From: a virus
Taxonomy: Duplodnaviria > Caudoviricetes
IMG/VR virus record: IMGVR_UViG_3300031857_000144
Coordinates: 1,245-65,244 of that record
Length of the DNA stretch: 64,000 bases
Direction: 5' to 3' (one strand)
The notes under the pieces are model-generated. The model saw only the letters and a program-made list of their open reading frames with translations, did no database searches and had not been told where the DNA came from. Below are positions 35,650 to 43,853 of the stretch, piece by piece (position 1 is the stretch's first letter; each line of letters begins with the position of its first letter). The translations under genes were made by a program, and so were the position numbers.

Positions 35650-35826
35650 ATGGCGACATTCAAGAAGGGCGATACCGTCAAGACCAAGGGCGTAGTGCCA
35701 CAAGGTCCGGTAGAAGCCATGCGTATGGACGAAGACGGCAACGTGCAGTATCTGATCTCTTGGACTGATTCGGATGAGGTGACTCAGTCACGCTGGTTTG
35801 ATGAGGATCAACTGACGGCAGCATAA
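35650..35826 (+). CDS. 58-aa SH3-like (YodC/DUF2158-like) protein
   Basis: GGAGG RBS; FKKGDTV...WFDEDQL. Confidence 0.65.
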   Translation: MATFKKGDTVKTKGVVPQGPVEAMRMDEDGNVQYLISWTDSDEVTQSRWFDEDQLTAA

Positions 35827-35840
35827 AAGGTTAAGGGCGC

Positions 35841-36929
35841 ATGTTTGGTATCACGACCTTCTCGCAAGCGCCCTTTTCCACACTGGGCGGTAATACGTTT
35901 TCGGTCTCCGTTTCGGAGTCTGTAACGGTAAGTGATACAGAATCAGCTACATATGTTTTTGATGGGCAGATCGCTGAAACGGTTACGTGCTCGGATGCAG
36001 TAGCAGCGCAGTTTGATGTGCTGGCAGCAGTCAGTGAAACTATATCACTCAGTGATATAGAAGCGGTGCAGGCGGATTTTGTTGTTGCGCTAAGTGAGAC
36101 AGTAAGCGGTAGCAGCGCGGAAGCAGCGCAAGTTGATTTTGTTGTAGCCGTAAGCGAGACGGCAAGTGGCAGTAGCACTGAGGCAGCGCAGGTAGATTTT
36201 GCAGGTGTCATAAGCGAGACAGCGGCAGGGTCCGACAGTCAAGCCGCGCAGCTTGATTTTGCGGCGGCGGTATCTGAGAGTGTGGTGGGAAGTGATGCTG
36301 TAGATGCCACTGCTGTATTTGTTGCTGCGGTAGCCGAATCTCTGGTGCTGTCAGACGCGGTTGCTGGTGTTGCAGATTTTGTTGTGGCAGTCAGTGAAAC
36401 AGTAGCAGGGTCGGATACTGAGGCGGGGCAGGTAGATTTTGCTGTAGCCGTAAGTGAGACGGTAACGGTAAACGACCCAGATTACATAATTTCACTGGTT
36501 CTGTTTACCGATGTAAGTGAAACAATTAATGCGTCGAGTGTTGAAGACGGCGCGTTTGAGATATCTGTAGCAATAAGTGAAACGGCAGGAGTATCAAGCA
36601 CAGAAGCAGCGCGGGTAGATTTTGGCGCATCGGTAAGCGAGAGTGTAGGCGTTACTAATATAGATGCAGCTGCCGCTGCGTTTGTTACTTCAATCCTAGA
36701 GCAAGTCAGGTTCTCGGACGCAGTTATCTCAAGGCTGCTATGGGAATTAATAGATGACAGTCAATCGGTAACTTGGCAAAATATTAATACTAATGTTGAT
36801 GGAAGTTGGGCGTTGGTAAATGACAGCCAATTAGTAACTTGGCAGAATATCAACACAACAGGCGGTGCGTCTTGGGATGAGATTGACACTGATCCCGGCA
36901 CTACATGGAACAGAATAAATACGGTGTAA
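35841..36929 (+). CDS. Acidic repeat fibre-like protein (19-aa repeats)
   Basis: Repeating VSETV.GS..EAAQVDF.vA units. Confidence 0.75.
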   Translation: MFGITTFSQAPFSTLGGNTFSVSVSESVTVSDTESATYVFDGQIAETVTCSDAVAAQFDVLAAVSETISLSDIEAVQADFVVALSETVSGSSAEAAQVDFVVAVSETASGSSTEAAQVDFAGVISETAAGSDSQAAQLDFAAAVSESVVGSDAVDATAVFVAAVAESLVLSDAVAGVADFVVAVSETVAGSDTEAGQVDFAVAVSETVTVNDPDYIISLVLFTDVSETINASSVEDGAFEISVAISETAGVSSTEAARVDFGASVSESVGVTNIDAAAAAFVTSILEQVRFSDAVISRLLWELIDDSQSVTWQNINTNVDGSWALVNDSQLVTWQNINTTGGASWDEIDTDPGTTWNRINTV

Positions 36930-36932
36930 GCG

Positions 36933-37427
36933 ATGCCACTTGTAGTTGCAGATCGGGTAAAAGAAACATCGACCACAGGCGGAACGGGCACGTTAACGCT
37001 CGCTGGCGCGTCTGCGGGGTTTCAATCGTTCGCGGTTATTGGCAACGGTAACACGACGTATTACACGATTGTTGACTCCGCAAACAATACTTGGGAAGTT
37101 GGTATTGGTACGTACACCGCATCAGGTACGACACTTTCGCGGGATACGGTGCTGTCAAACTCGTCGGGCACAACGACACAGATTAACTTTGCGGCAATCA
37201 GTAAAGATGTATTTGTCACCTACCCGGCAAGTAAGTCCACGTATGAGGACGAGGGTCAGGCGGTTTATGGTGGGGGCGGCACAGCGGCTATCTACTTGAA
37301 CTCGCAGAACGTGACGGTTAACACTACGGTGGCGGCAGGCTACAACGGTATGAGCGCGGGTACAGTAACTGTGGCAAACGGCATAACTGTGACGGTAGCT
37401 GACGGTTCCCGATGGGTAATTGTTTAA
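36933..37427 (+). CDS. Tail fibre base protein
   Basis: DRVKETSTT.GTG, WEVGIGTY, KDVFVTYPA. Confidence 0.75.
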   Translation: MPLVVADRVKETSTTGGTGTLTLAGASAGFQSFAVIGNGNTTYYTIVDSANNTWEVGIGTYTASGTTLSRDTVLSNSSGTTTQINFAAISKDVFVTYPASKSTYEDEGQAVYGGGGTAAIYLNSQNVTVNTTVAAGYNGMSAGTVTVANGITVTVADGSRWVIV

Positions 37428-37436
37428 AGGTTATAC

Positions 37437-38093
37437 ATGGCAACGACAATTACAGCAGGAAATGCCACAAACGGGTTAAAAATAACGCCTGATAATACCG
37501 GCATACTGGAGCTAAAGACTGGTACGGGTGCGGGTACGACTGCTTTGACATTGAACGCTTCGCAAAATGCGACGTTAGCAGGGACACTACAAGTAGCTGG
37601 TGTGACTACGAATATGTACCCGATTGTGTCTGGTACTGCTCAAACTGCGCCGTTTACCGACAATACTCGTGCAGACTTTCTAAGTATCCCATCATGGGCA
37701 AAGCGGATTACGGTGATGTTTCAAGGGGTGAGCACAAGTGGGACATCTATAGTGCTTATTCAATTAGGTACTTCTGGGGGTATTGCCGCAACCGGCTATC
37801 TAGGTGCAGCAGCGGATTTAGCTGGGGCTACAGTAGCGAATTACACTACTGGTTTTGGTACATCTCAAGCCGCTAGTGCTGCTACCGTTAGACATGGAGC
37901 TATCAGCATTCAAAATATTACCGGCAATTCTTGGACTGCGAATGGTGTTTTAGCGGCGAGTAATGGAGCGCAGATATATCCTATGGCTGGTAGTGTATCC
38001 CTTTCAGGAACACTTGATCGCGTCCGTATAACCACCGTCAATGGTACAGATACTTTTGATTCCGGTAGTGTTGTCAATATCATGTGGGAGTAA
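37437..38093 (+). CDS. Tail fibre / receptor-binding protein
   Basis: IPSWAKRIT, LDRVRITT.NGTDTFD. Confidence 0.7.
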   Translation: MATTITAGNATNGLKITPDNTGILELKTGTGAGTTALTLNASQNATLAGTLQVAGVTTNMYPIVSGTAQTAPFTDNTRADFLSIPSWAKRITVMFQGVSTSGTSIVLIQLGTSGGIAATGYLGAAADLAGATVANYTTGFGTSQAASAATVRHGAISIQNITGNSWTANGVLAASNGAQIYPMAGSVSLSGTLDRVRITTVNGTDTFDSGSVVNIMWE

Positions 38094-38095
38094 TC

Positions 38096-38818
38096 ATGAC
38101 AGCAGGGATCAAAGCGAATGTTGATGGAAGTGCAGCCGTTCAGGTAGGCGGTACAGATTTTATAACCACGACATCTGGTGGTGCGGTAACTATACCGGGG
38201 TCGCTTACTGTTACTGGTGCTTTTACGCTTTCTAGTACTTTGGGCGTTGCTCAGGGTGGTACAGGGCAAACAACTTATACAGATGGTCAGCTTTTAATCG
38301 GGAATACAACTGGAAACACGCTGACTAAAGCCACGTTAACTCAAGGTAATGGGCTATCGATTACTAATGGTGCTGGAAGTATTACAGTTAACATGGGTAC
38401 GCCGAGTACCCTCACAAATACGACAACAAACTCTGCATCAGGCTCAACTCATACTCACGCTCTGACTGGAAAACTTGTAGAGACAACTACTGGAAACCCA
38501 CTTTACTACGGCGCAAGAGCATGGGTGAACTTTAACGGTACGGGAACTGTAGCTATAAGACAATCAGCTAATGTAACAAGTATTACGGATAACGGTGGAC
38601 TTGGGTGGTACTCGGTAAACTTTGCAACTGCCATGCCTGATGAGCAATATGTAACTGTAGGTTCTACTGGGCAATCTATTCTTGCTTTGTTCAACCCATA
38701 CATAAATACATCAAACACTCTTAACGCGCCAACTGCGTCTAGCTTTATGTTTATAACGAGAACCCCGTCAACAGCCACTATCGACGTAACATACAACCTT
38801 GTAGCTGTTTTTCGTTAA
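38096..38818 (+). CDS. Tail fibre protein
   Basis: GGTGQT, GQLLIG, RAWVNFNG, C-terminal VFR. Confidence 0.7.
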   Translation: MTAGIKANVDGSAAVQVGGTDFITTTSGGAVTIPGSLTVTGAFTLSSTLGVAQGGTGQTTYTDGQLLIGNTTGNTLTKATLTQGNGLSITNGAGSITVNMGTPSTLTNTTTNSASGSTHTHALTGKLVETTTGNPLYYGARAWVNFNGTGTVAIRQSANVTSITDNGGLGWYSVNFATAMPDEQYVTVGSTGQSILALFNPYINTSNTLNAPTASSFMFITRTPSTATIDVTYNLVAVFR

Positions 38819-38827
38819 AGGTCAGTT

Positions 38828-39130
38828 ATGCAGCCTAGAATAATTTACGAAAATGATGAAGGTGGTGTGGCTATCGTAGTGCCTTCTCCAGAAGCATTGC
38901 AAACACTTACAGTTCAGCAAATTGCTTTAAAGGATGTCCCTACTGGAAAGCCATTTAAGATTGTTACAACGGATGATATTCCATCTGATCGGACATTTCG
39001 TAGTGCATGGGAGGTAGAACCTTCTATTTTGACTGATGGTGTAGGTGCTGATTACGGTGTCGGCTCTACAAAAGATGTCATAGGATGGGATGAAAATAAT
39101 AATCCTATCCTTAGAGGAGATGCGGGATGA
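38828..39130 (+). CDS. Tail fibre assembly chaperone (putative)
   Basis: RIIY..GGV...P, KDVP.GK, DRTFRSAW. Confidence 0.65.
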   Translation: MQPRIIYENDEGGVAIVVPSPEALQTLTVQQIALKDVPTGKPFKIVTTDDIPSDRTFRSAWEVEPSILTDGVGADYGVGSTKDVIGWDENNNPILRGDAG

Positions 39131-39867
39131 CTGTAGTTATTGATGGCACAACGGGAATCTCTGGTGTAGATGGTACTGCGTCTAACCCGTCCTATGAAGG
39201 CACAGACAGTAATACGGGCATATTCTTTCCTGCTGCGGACACTATTGCATTTTCTGAAGGTGGCGTGGAGGTCGGTCGATTTAATTCTAGTGCTAACTTT
39301 CAATTCAATTCTGGTTACGGTTCAGTCGCTACAGCCTACGGTTGTAGGGCATGGGTGAACTTTGATGGCACAGCGTCTGGAACATTTGCTGGTGGTGTTT
39401 CAACGGTGACTAGAATTGCTGGCTCTACTACTGCTACTGTTACAACCACGACAGCGCATGAATTAATTACAGGTAATGTCGTTCAGGCGCTAACAGGCGT
39501 TGTTGCTGGCACTTATACAGTTACTTTTATTAGCGCTACACAATTTTCATTTACCACAGTCGCTACAACGGCGTTAACAAACGCATCCATAACCTTTGCT
39601 GTGAACAGCATTAGAGCAAGCGGAAATGTGTCAAGTGTTGCGGATAACAGTGCTGGTACATACACAGTAAACTTTACCAATGCAATGCCGGATGCAAATT
39701 ATTCTGTTGTTTTAGGCTTGAACGCAGCAACAGACGGAGCTTTTATTAAATTAGGAAAATCTACTGGTATTGGTGTGCCTACAACTTTAGCATTTCAAGT
39801 TAACACAACAAGTTTTACAGCAGTACCTACAGATTATCCCGGAGTATTTGCAGCTATCTTCCGCTAA
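39127..39867 (+). CDS. Tail fibre protein
   Basis: DSNTGIFFPAAD, RAWVNFDG, AMPDANY, IFR. Confidence 0.7.
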   Translation: MTVVIDGTTGISGVDGTASNPSYEGTDSNTGIFFPAADTIAFSEGGVEVGRFNSSANFQFNSGYGSVATAYGCRAWVNFDGTASGTFAGGVSTVTRIAGSTTATVTTTTAHELITGNVVQALTGVVAGTYTVTFISATQFSFTTVATTALTNASITFAVNSIRASGNVSSVADNSAGTYTVNFTNAMPDANYSVVLGLNAATDGAFIKLGKSTGIGVPTTLAFQVNTTSFTAVPTDYPGVFAAIFR

Positions 39868-39876
39868 AAGTCAATC

Positions 39877-40131
39877 ATGAACCAGAGAATTATTTACACA
39901 AACGACGATGGTGGTGTGGTTATCTTGATCCCTACGCCTGAGTGTTTGACAGAGCGCACGATTGAAGAAATCGCTGCCAAAGACGTACCTGCTGGCAAGC
40001 AGTACAAGATCATTGATTCAACAGACATCCCAACCGACCGCACTTTCCGTAACGCATGGGAAGCGGTTATTGATGAACCGGATGGTGTAGGTGCAGACAG
40101 TAACGAGTTTCCTGCTAGGGAGGAAGTATGA
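39877..40131 (+). CDS. Tail fibre assembly chaperone (putative)
   Basis: Paralog of 38828-39130 (DRTFRNAW). Confidence 0.65.
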   Translation: MNQRIIYTNDDGGVVILIPTPECLTERTIEEIAAKDVPAGKQYKIIDSTDIPTDRTFRNAWEAVIDEPDGVGADSNEFPAREEV

Positions 40132-40367
40132 TCGTCGTAAATATCAACAAGGCTAAAGCTATCGGTCACGATATACGTCGTACTGCTCGTGCGGAGGAGT
40201 TTAAACCGCATGATGAGGTCATCATGAAACAGATTCCCGGCGTAGATGCACAAGCAGCCGAAGCTGCGCGTCAGGCAATCCGAGACAAGTACGCAAGCAT
40301 TCAGACGAGCATTAACGCTGCTACAACACCAGAAGAAATTAAAACGGCGCTGGGACTAACAAATTGA
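40128..40367 (+). CDS. Tail fibre assembly protein, C-terminal-like part
   Basis: KAKAIGHDIRR..R...AATTPEEIK. Confidence 0.65.
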   Translation: MIVVNINKAKAIGHDIRRTARAEEFKPHDEVIMKQIPGVDAQAAEAARQAIRDKYASIQTSINAATTPEEIKTALGLTN

Positions 40368-41049
40368 CCCGCTAACCCTACTCGCTGCTGCTAACGCCGC
40401 TGTTGCGGCAGTAAAGGCTGGATGCAAACTTTACAAAGACATTAAAGGCGCGGCGGGGGATGTAAGCGACGTACTGAAGGACTTGAAGGCGCAATACGAC
40501 AAGATAGTAGACCCAACGCCAATACAGAAGCAGCAGTACAACGCCGAAGTGCAGCGGGTGCAGGAGATAGCAAAGGCTGATCCGAACGACGTATTTACCA
40601 ACATCGGCACTCAGTTAGGCGCTTTGATGGATACGCATGACGAGATTGCCAAACTATTGCTGAAAGAACAGTTGGAAGCAAAGACGGTATACAAGGGGGA
40701 TGACAGCGTGGGTAAGCGGGCGTTGCGCCGGATACTGATTAACTCAAGGCTCGATGCAATATGGGCCGAGGTTAGAGAAACGATGGTGTACAAGGCCCCA
40801 CCGGAGTTAGGTGCGCTGTGGAGTAAGTTTGATGAGATGCGGCAGGAGATTATCGCCGAGCAGGAAATAGCCCACGCAGAGGAACTGAGACTGGCTCAGA
40901 TAGCAACATGGCGACGCAGAAAAAGAATAGCGGAAATCAGGGCAAAGGCAATGTGGGTTTCGGCAGTACTCTTCGTAATAGTATGGGCGGTGGGTCTAAT
41001 GTGGCTAACGACAAGAAGCATGATTACGAGAACGTCCCTTGGTCATTGA
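40363..41049 (+). CDS. Helical membrane-anchored protein, probable ATT start
   Basis: Open frame extends to IDPLTLLAAA; C-terminal TM helix. Confidence 0.6.
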   Translation: MDPLTLLAAANAAVAAVKAGCKLYKDIKGAAGDVSDVLKDLKAQYDKIVDPTPIQKQQYNAEVQRVQEIAKADPNDVFTNIGTQLGALMDTHDEIAKLLLKEQLEAKTVYKGDDSVGKRALRRILINSRLDAIWAEVRETMVYKAPPELGALWSKFDEMRQEIIAEQEIAHAEELRLAQIATWRRRKRIAEIRAKAMWVSAVLFVIVWAVGLMWLTTRSMITRTSLGH

Positions 41050-41213
41050 TTGTTGTCGTGATGGCAGTGGTGCTGATGTTCTTTATCGTCATGCCTATCT
41101 TAGCGTTTATGTACTACGACATGTACTACGCAACACAGGCGGCAGTATCCGAGGTCAAGAAGATGCGGGAACTACGCAAAGAGATACAAATTGAACGGAT
41201 GTACGGTAAATAA
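40908..41213 (+). CDS. Small membrane protein
   Basis: TM segment WSLIVVVMAVVLMFFIVMP; start uncertain. Confidence 0.5.
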   Translation: MATQKKNSGNQGKGNVGFGSTLRNSMGGGSNVANDKKHDYENVPWSLIVVVMAVVLMFFIVMPILAFMYYDMYYATQAAVSEVKKMRELRKEIQIERMYGK

Positions 41214-41219
41214 GGAGCG

Positions 41220-41735
41220 GTGATGCTGACTTTAATCTCTACCATCGGCGGCTATATTGTCGCCCTTTTCCCAAGACTATTTGATATGTTGCAGGATCGT
41301 GCGGATAAGAAGCACGAGCTAGACATCCTGCACATGCAGATGCGTCAACAACTTGCACTGACTGAAAAAGGCTACTCGCCATCGGACAAGACCGAAGAAG
41401 TGCGCGAGAACGACGAGCAAGACCATCAGCAGTACATGGCGCAGACCGCCGCAATCTACAGCAACCAAGAAAAGATGCTTGAGTCGTCCTCCCAGTGGGT
41501 CAAGGACATGACTGCGGCTACCCGCCCGTTCGTCACCTTCATCTTCGTGCTTGAGCTTGTGCTAATTAACTTGCTGACGATGCTGTGGATTTTCCTGCAC
41601 GGCGACAAAGTGACATCGATTGGTGAGTTGATTCAGATCATGGAGATCGTCTTTGATGCTGACGAGATGGCGCTTTTGGGCACCATCATCGCTATGTGGT
41701 TCGGCTCTCGTGGTAACTCGAAGGCTGGCAAGTGA
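41220..41735 (+). CDS. Holin-like protein
   Basis: DKKHEL, RPFVT, TM segments, WFGSR; directly before the endolysin. Confidence 0.7.
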   Translation: MMLTLISTIGGYIVALFPRLFDMLQDRADKKHELDILHMQMRQQLALTEKGYSPSDKTEEVRENDEQDHQQYMAQTAAIYSNQEKMLESSSQWVKDMTAATRPFVTFIFVLELVLINLLTMLWIFLHGDKVTSIGELIQIMEIVFDADEMALLGTIIAMWFGSRGNSKAGK

Positions 41736-41802
41736 TTTACCTTGTCTATGCGCGGATTGCCGCAACTGTATTGCTATGTGCTTATTTGATAAGTAATCTG
41801 CC

Positions 41803-42288
41803 ATGAAACTACCACTTGCCACAATTGCAATGATTAAGCATCACGAGGGGGTGCGGTATAAACCTTACAAGTGTCCAGCGAAGTTGTGGACGATAGGTGT
41901 GGGGCATGTGCTGTACCCCGAACAGGGCAAGATGCCTGTCGATCAACGCGATAAGTTCGCACTCAAAATAGAGGACTTCCGTGTATTTAGCAAAGAAGAA
42001 GTTGATTCGATCCTTGCGAAAGACCTACAGCGTTTTATCACTGGTGTTCTTCGCTACTGCCCTGACCATCTTAACGAAAATCGCTTGGGGGCGTTGGTCA
42101 GCTTTGCATTCAATGTTGGGCTAGGCACTCTTCAGCGGTCTACTCTGCGGCAGAAACACAACCGTGGGGACTTTGAGGGGGCAAGGCAGGAGTTCCTGAA
42201 GTTCACCAAGGGCGGCGGCAAGGTTCTGCCGGGGTTGGTAAAACGCCGGAACGATGAGATAGCACTCTACTTTTTGGAGCCAAAATGA
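41803..42288 (+). CDS. Endolysin (GH24 lysozyme)
   Basis: HEG, WTIGVGH, SFAFNVG, LPGLVKRRNDE. Confidence 0.92.
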   Translation: MKLPLATIAMIKHHEGVRYKPYKCPAKLWTIGVGHVLYPEQGKMPVDQRDKFALKIEDFRVFSKEEVDSILAKDLQRFITGVLRYCPDHLNENRLGALVSFAFNVGLGTLQRSTLRQKHNRGDFEGARQEFLKFTKGGGKVLPGLVKRRNDEIALYFLEPK

Positions 42289-42749
42289 TGAACCCGTGGG
42301 TGATACTTGGCTTTGTGTTAGCTATTGGCGCAGCGGCTGGGGGCGGGTATTATCAAGGAAATACTGCGGGTCGCGCAGAAGTTCAACAGGCGTGGGACAA
42401 GGAAAAGGCTGAACAATACGCCGCCTACGCCAAAGGGCAAGAAGAAGCTCGCAAGCGTGAGCAAGAAATGCAACAGTCGGCAGATAGGCTGCGGAGGGAA
42501 AAAGATGCTGAAATCAGGGATATTAATGCTCGTACTATCGCTCTCTCTAACAGCTTGCGCGATAGGCAGGAGCGCCCCGCCTCCAACAATTCCGTGTCCG
42601 GTGTTACCCGATCTTGCGCTGGAGCCTCCGGCGCGGAGTTGGCAAAAGGAGATGGAGAATTTCTTGCAGGGTACAGTGCCGACGCAGCCCGCCTCCAAGC
42701 AGCCCTCGACCAATGCGTCAAACAATACAACGCCGTCAGGCAAAAGTAA
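42285..42749 (+). CDS. Rz-like inner-membrane spanin
   Basis: N-terminal TM, coiled coil, after the endolysin. Confidence 0.8.
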   Translation: MMNPWVILGFVLAIGAAAGGGYYQGNTAGRAEVQQAWDKEKAEQYAAYAKGQEEARKREQEMQQSADRLRREKDAEIRDINARTIALSNSLRDRQERPASNNSVSGVTRSCAGASGAELAKGDGEFLAGYSADAARLQAALDQCVKQYNAVRQK

Positions 42750-42756
42750 GGATTAG
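42505..42756 (+). CDS. Rz1-like outer-membrane lipoprotein spanin (overlapping Rz)
   Basis: +1 frame, GGAGGG RBS, lipobox LSLTAC, Pro-rich mature part. Confidence 0.8.
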   Translation: MLKSGILMLVLSLSLTACAIGRSAPPPTIPCPVLPDLALEPPARSWQKEMENFLQGTVPTQPASKQPSTNASNNTTPSGKSKD

Positions 42757-42758
42757 CG

Positions 42759-43844
42759 ATGCCAAGTACATACTCTCCCGATCTGCGGATCGAACTTATT
42801 GCAAATGGCGAACAGTCAGGCACATGGGGCACGACCACTAATAGTAACCTTGGTACGCTCATCGAAGACGCTATTGCCGGGCTGGCCTCTGTTTCTGTCA
42901 CAACCGCCAACCAAGCGTTAACTGCTTTAAACGGAGCGGCGGATCAAGCGAGATGCGCGGCGGTTTCATTATCAACAACGACAACAGCTAATTTTGCTGT
43001 TTATGCGCCGCCTGTCACCAAACTTTACGTCGTTAAGAATACAAGCGCTTACGAAGCTACTATATATTGCTCGACAGTTATTGGTAATACTACAGCTGCT
43101 GGCACCGGTATAGCTATCCCCGCAGGTAAAACTGTTTTAGTACGTAGTGATGGTACTAATGTAGTTGATCAGTTTGATTACATAAAAGGTAACCTTCAGA
43201 TTGGCGGCACCTTAACACTTAGTTCAGCTTTACCCGTAGTATCGGGCGGTACAGGCGCTACTACGCTGACCGCTAATAACGTCTTACTTGGTAATGGCAC
43301 TTCGGCGGTTCAAGTAGTAGCTCCGGGTACTAGTGGAAATGTACTGACATCGAACGGAACTACATGGGCTTCTAGTGCATTACCAGCCGGATTTGTTACC
43401 GGCATGATCATGATGTGGTCTGGGTCGATTGCCACTATTCCTTCAGGATGGGCGCTGTGTAACGGTTCTAGTGGAACACCTGATTTGCGTAACCGCTTTA
43501 TTATCGGTGCGCATTCTGACGATGCTGGTGTCGCAAAAACTACTATTACAGGATCGCCAACACAGACTGGCGGTTCTAAAGACGCTATCACCGTAAGCCA
43601 TACACACACCGCATCATCAGCCGCACACCAACACGCGACTATTGGTTATAACGGTACCGGTAACATCCCATATGGCACAATTGCTGGACCATCTATGGGT
43701 TTATGGTCCCCGGGGGGTAATGGTGGTACTCATGTTCTCTCTAGTTCTACAGCCGCTAGTGTGACAGTCGATAGCGCAGGTTCATCTGGCACTAACGCAA
43801 ACCTTGTGCCGTACTTCGCGCTTGCGTACATAATGAAACTGTAA
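42759..43844 (+). CDS. Tail fibre with collar domain
   Basis: GEQSGTWG; GMIMMWSG...IPSGWALCNG..GTPDLR; YFALAYIMK. Confidence 0.85.
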   Translation: MPSTYSPDLRIELIANGEQSGTWGTTTNSNLGTLIEDAIAGLASVSVTTANQALTALNGAADQARCAAVSLSTTTTANFAVYAPPVTKLYVVKNTSAYEATIYCSTVIGNTTAAGTGIAIPAGKTVLVRSDGTNVVDQFDYIKGNLQIGGTLTLSSALPVVSGGTGATTLTANNVLLGNGTSAVQVVAPGTSGNVLTSNGTTWASSALPAGFVTGMIMMWSGSIATIPSGWALCNGSSGTPDLRNRFIIGAHSDDAGVAKTTITGSPTQTGGSKDAITVSHTHTASSAAHQHATIGYNGTGNIPYGTIAGPSMGLWSPGGNGGTHVLSSSTAASVTVDSAGSSGTNANLVPYFALAYIMKL

Positions 43845-43853
43845 GGAATCACG

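Noticed and set aside
37437-43844. Diversity-generating retroelement acting on the tail fibres
   Set aside because: No reverse transcriptase and no adenine-variable TR/VR pair seen
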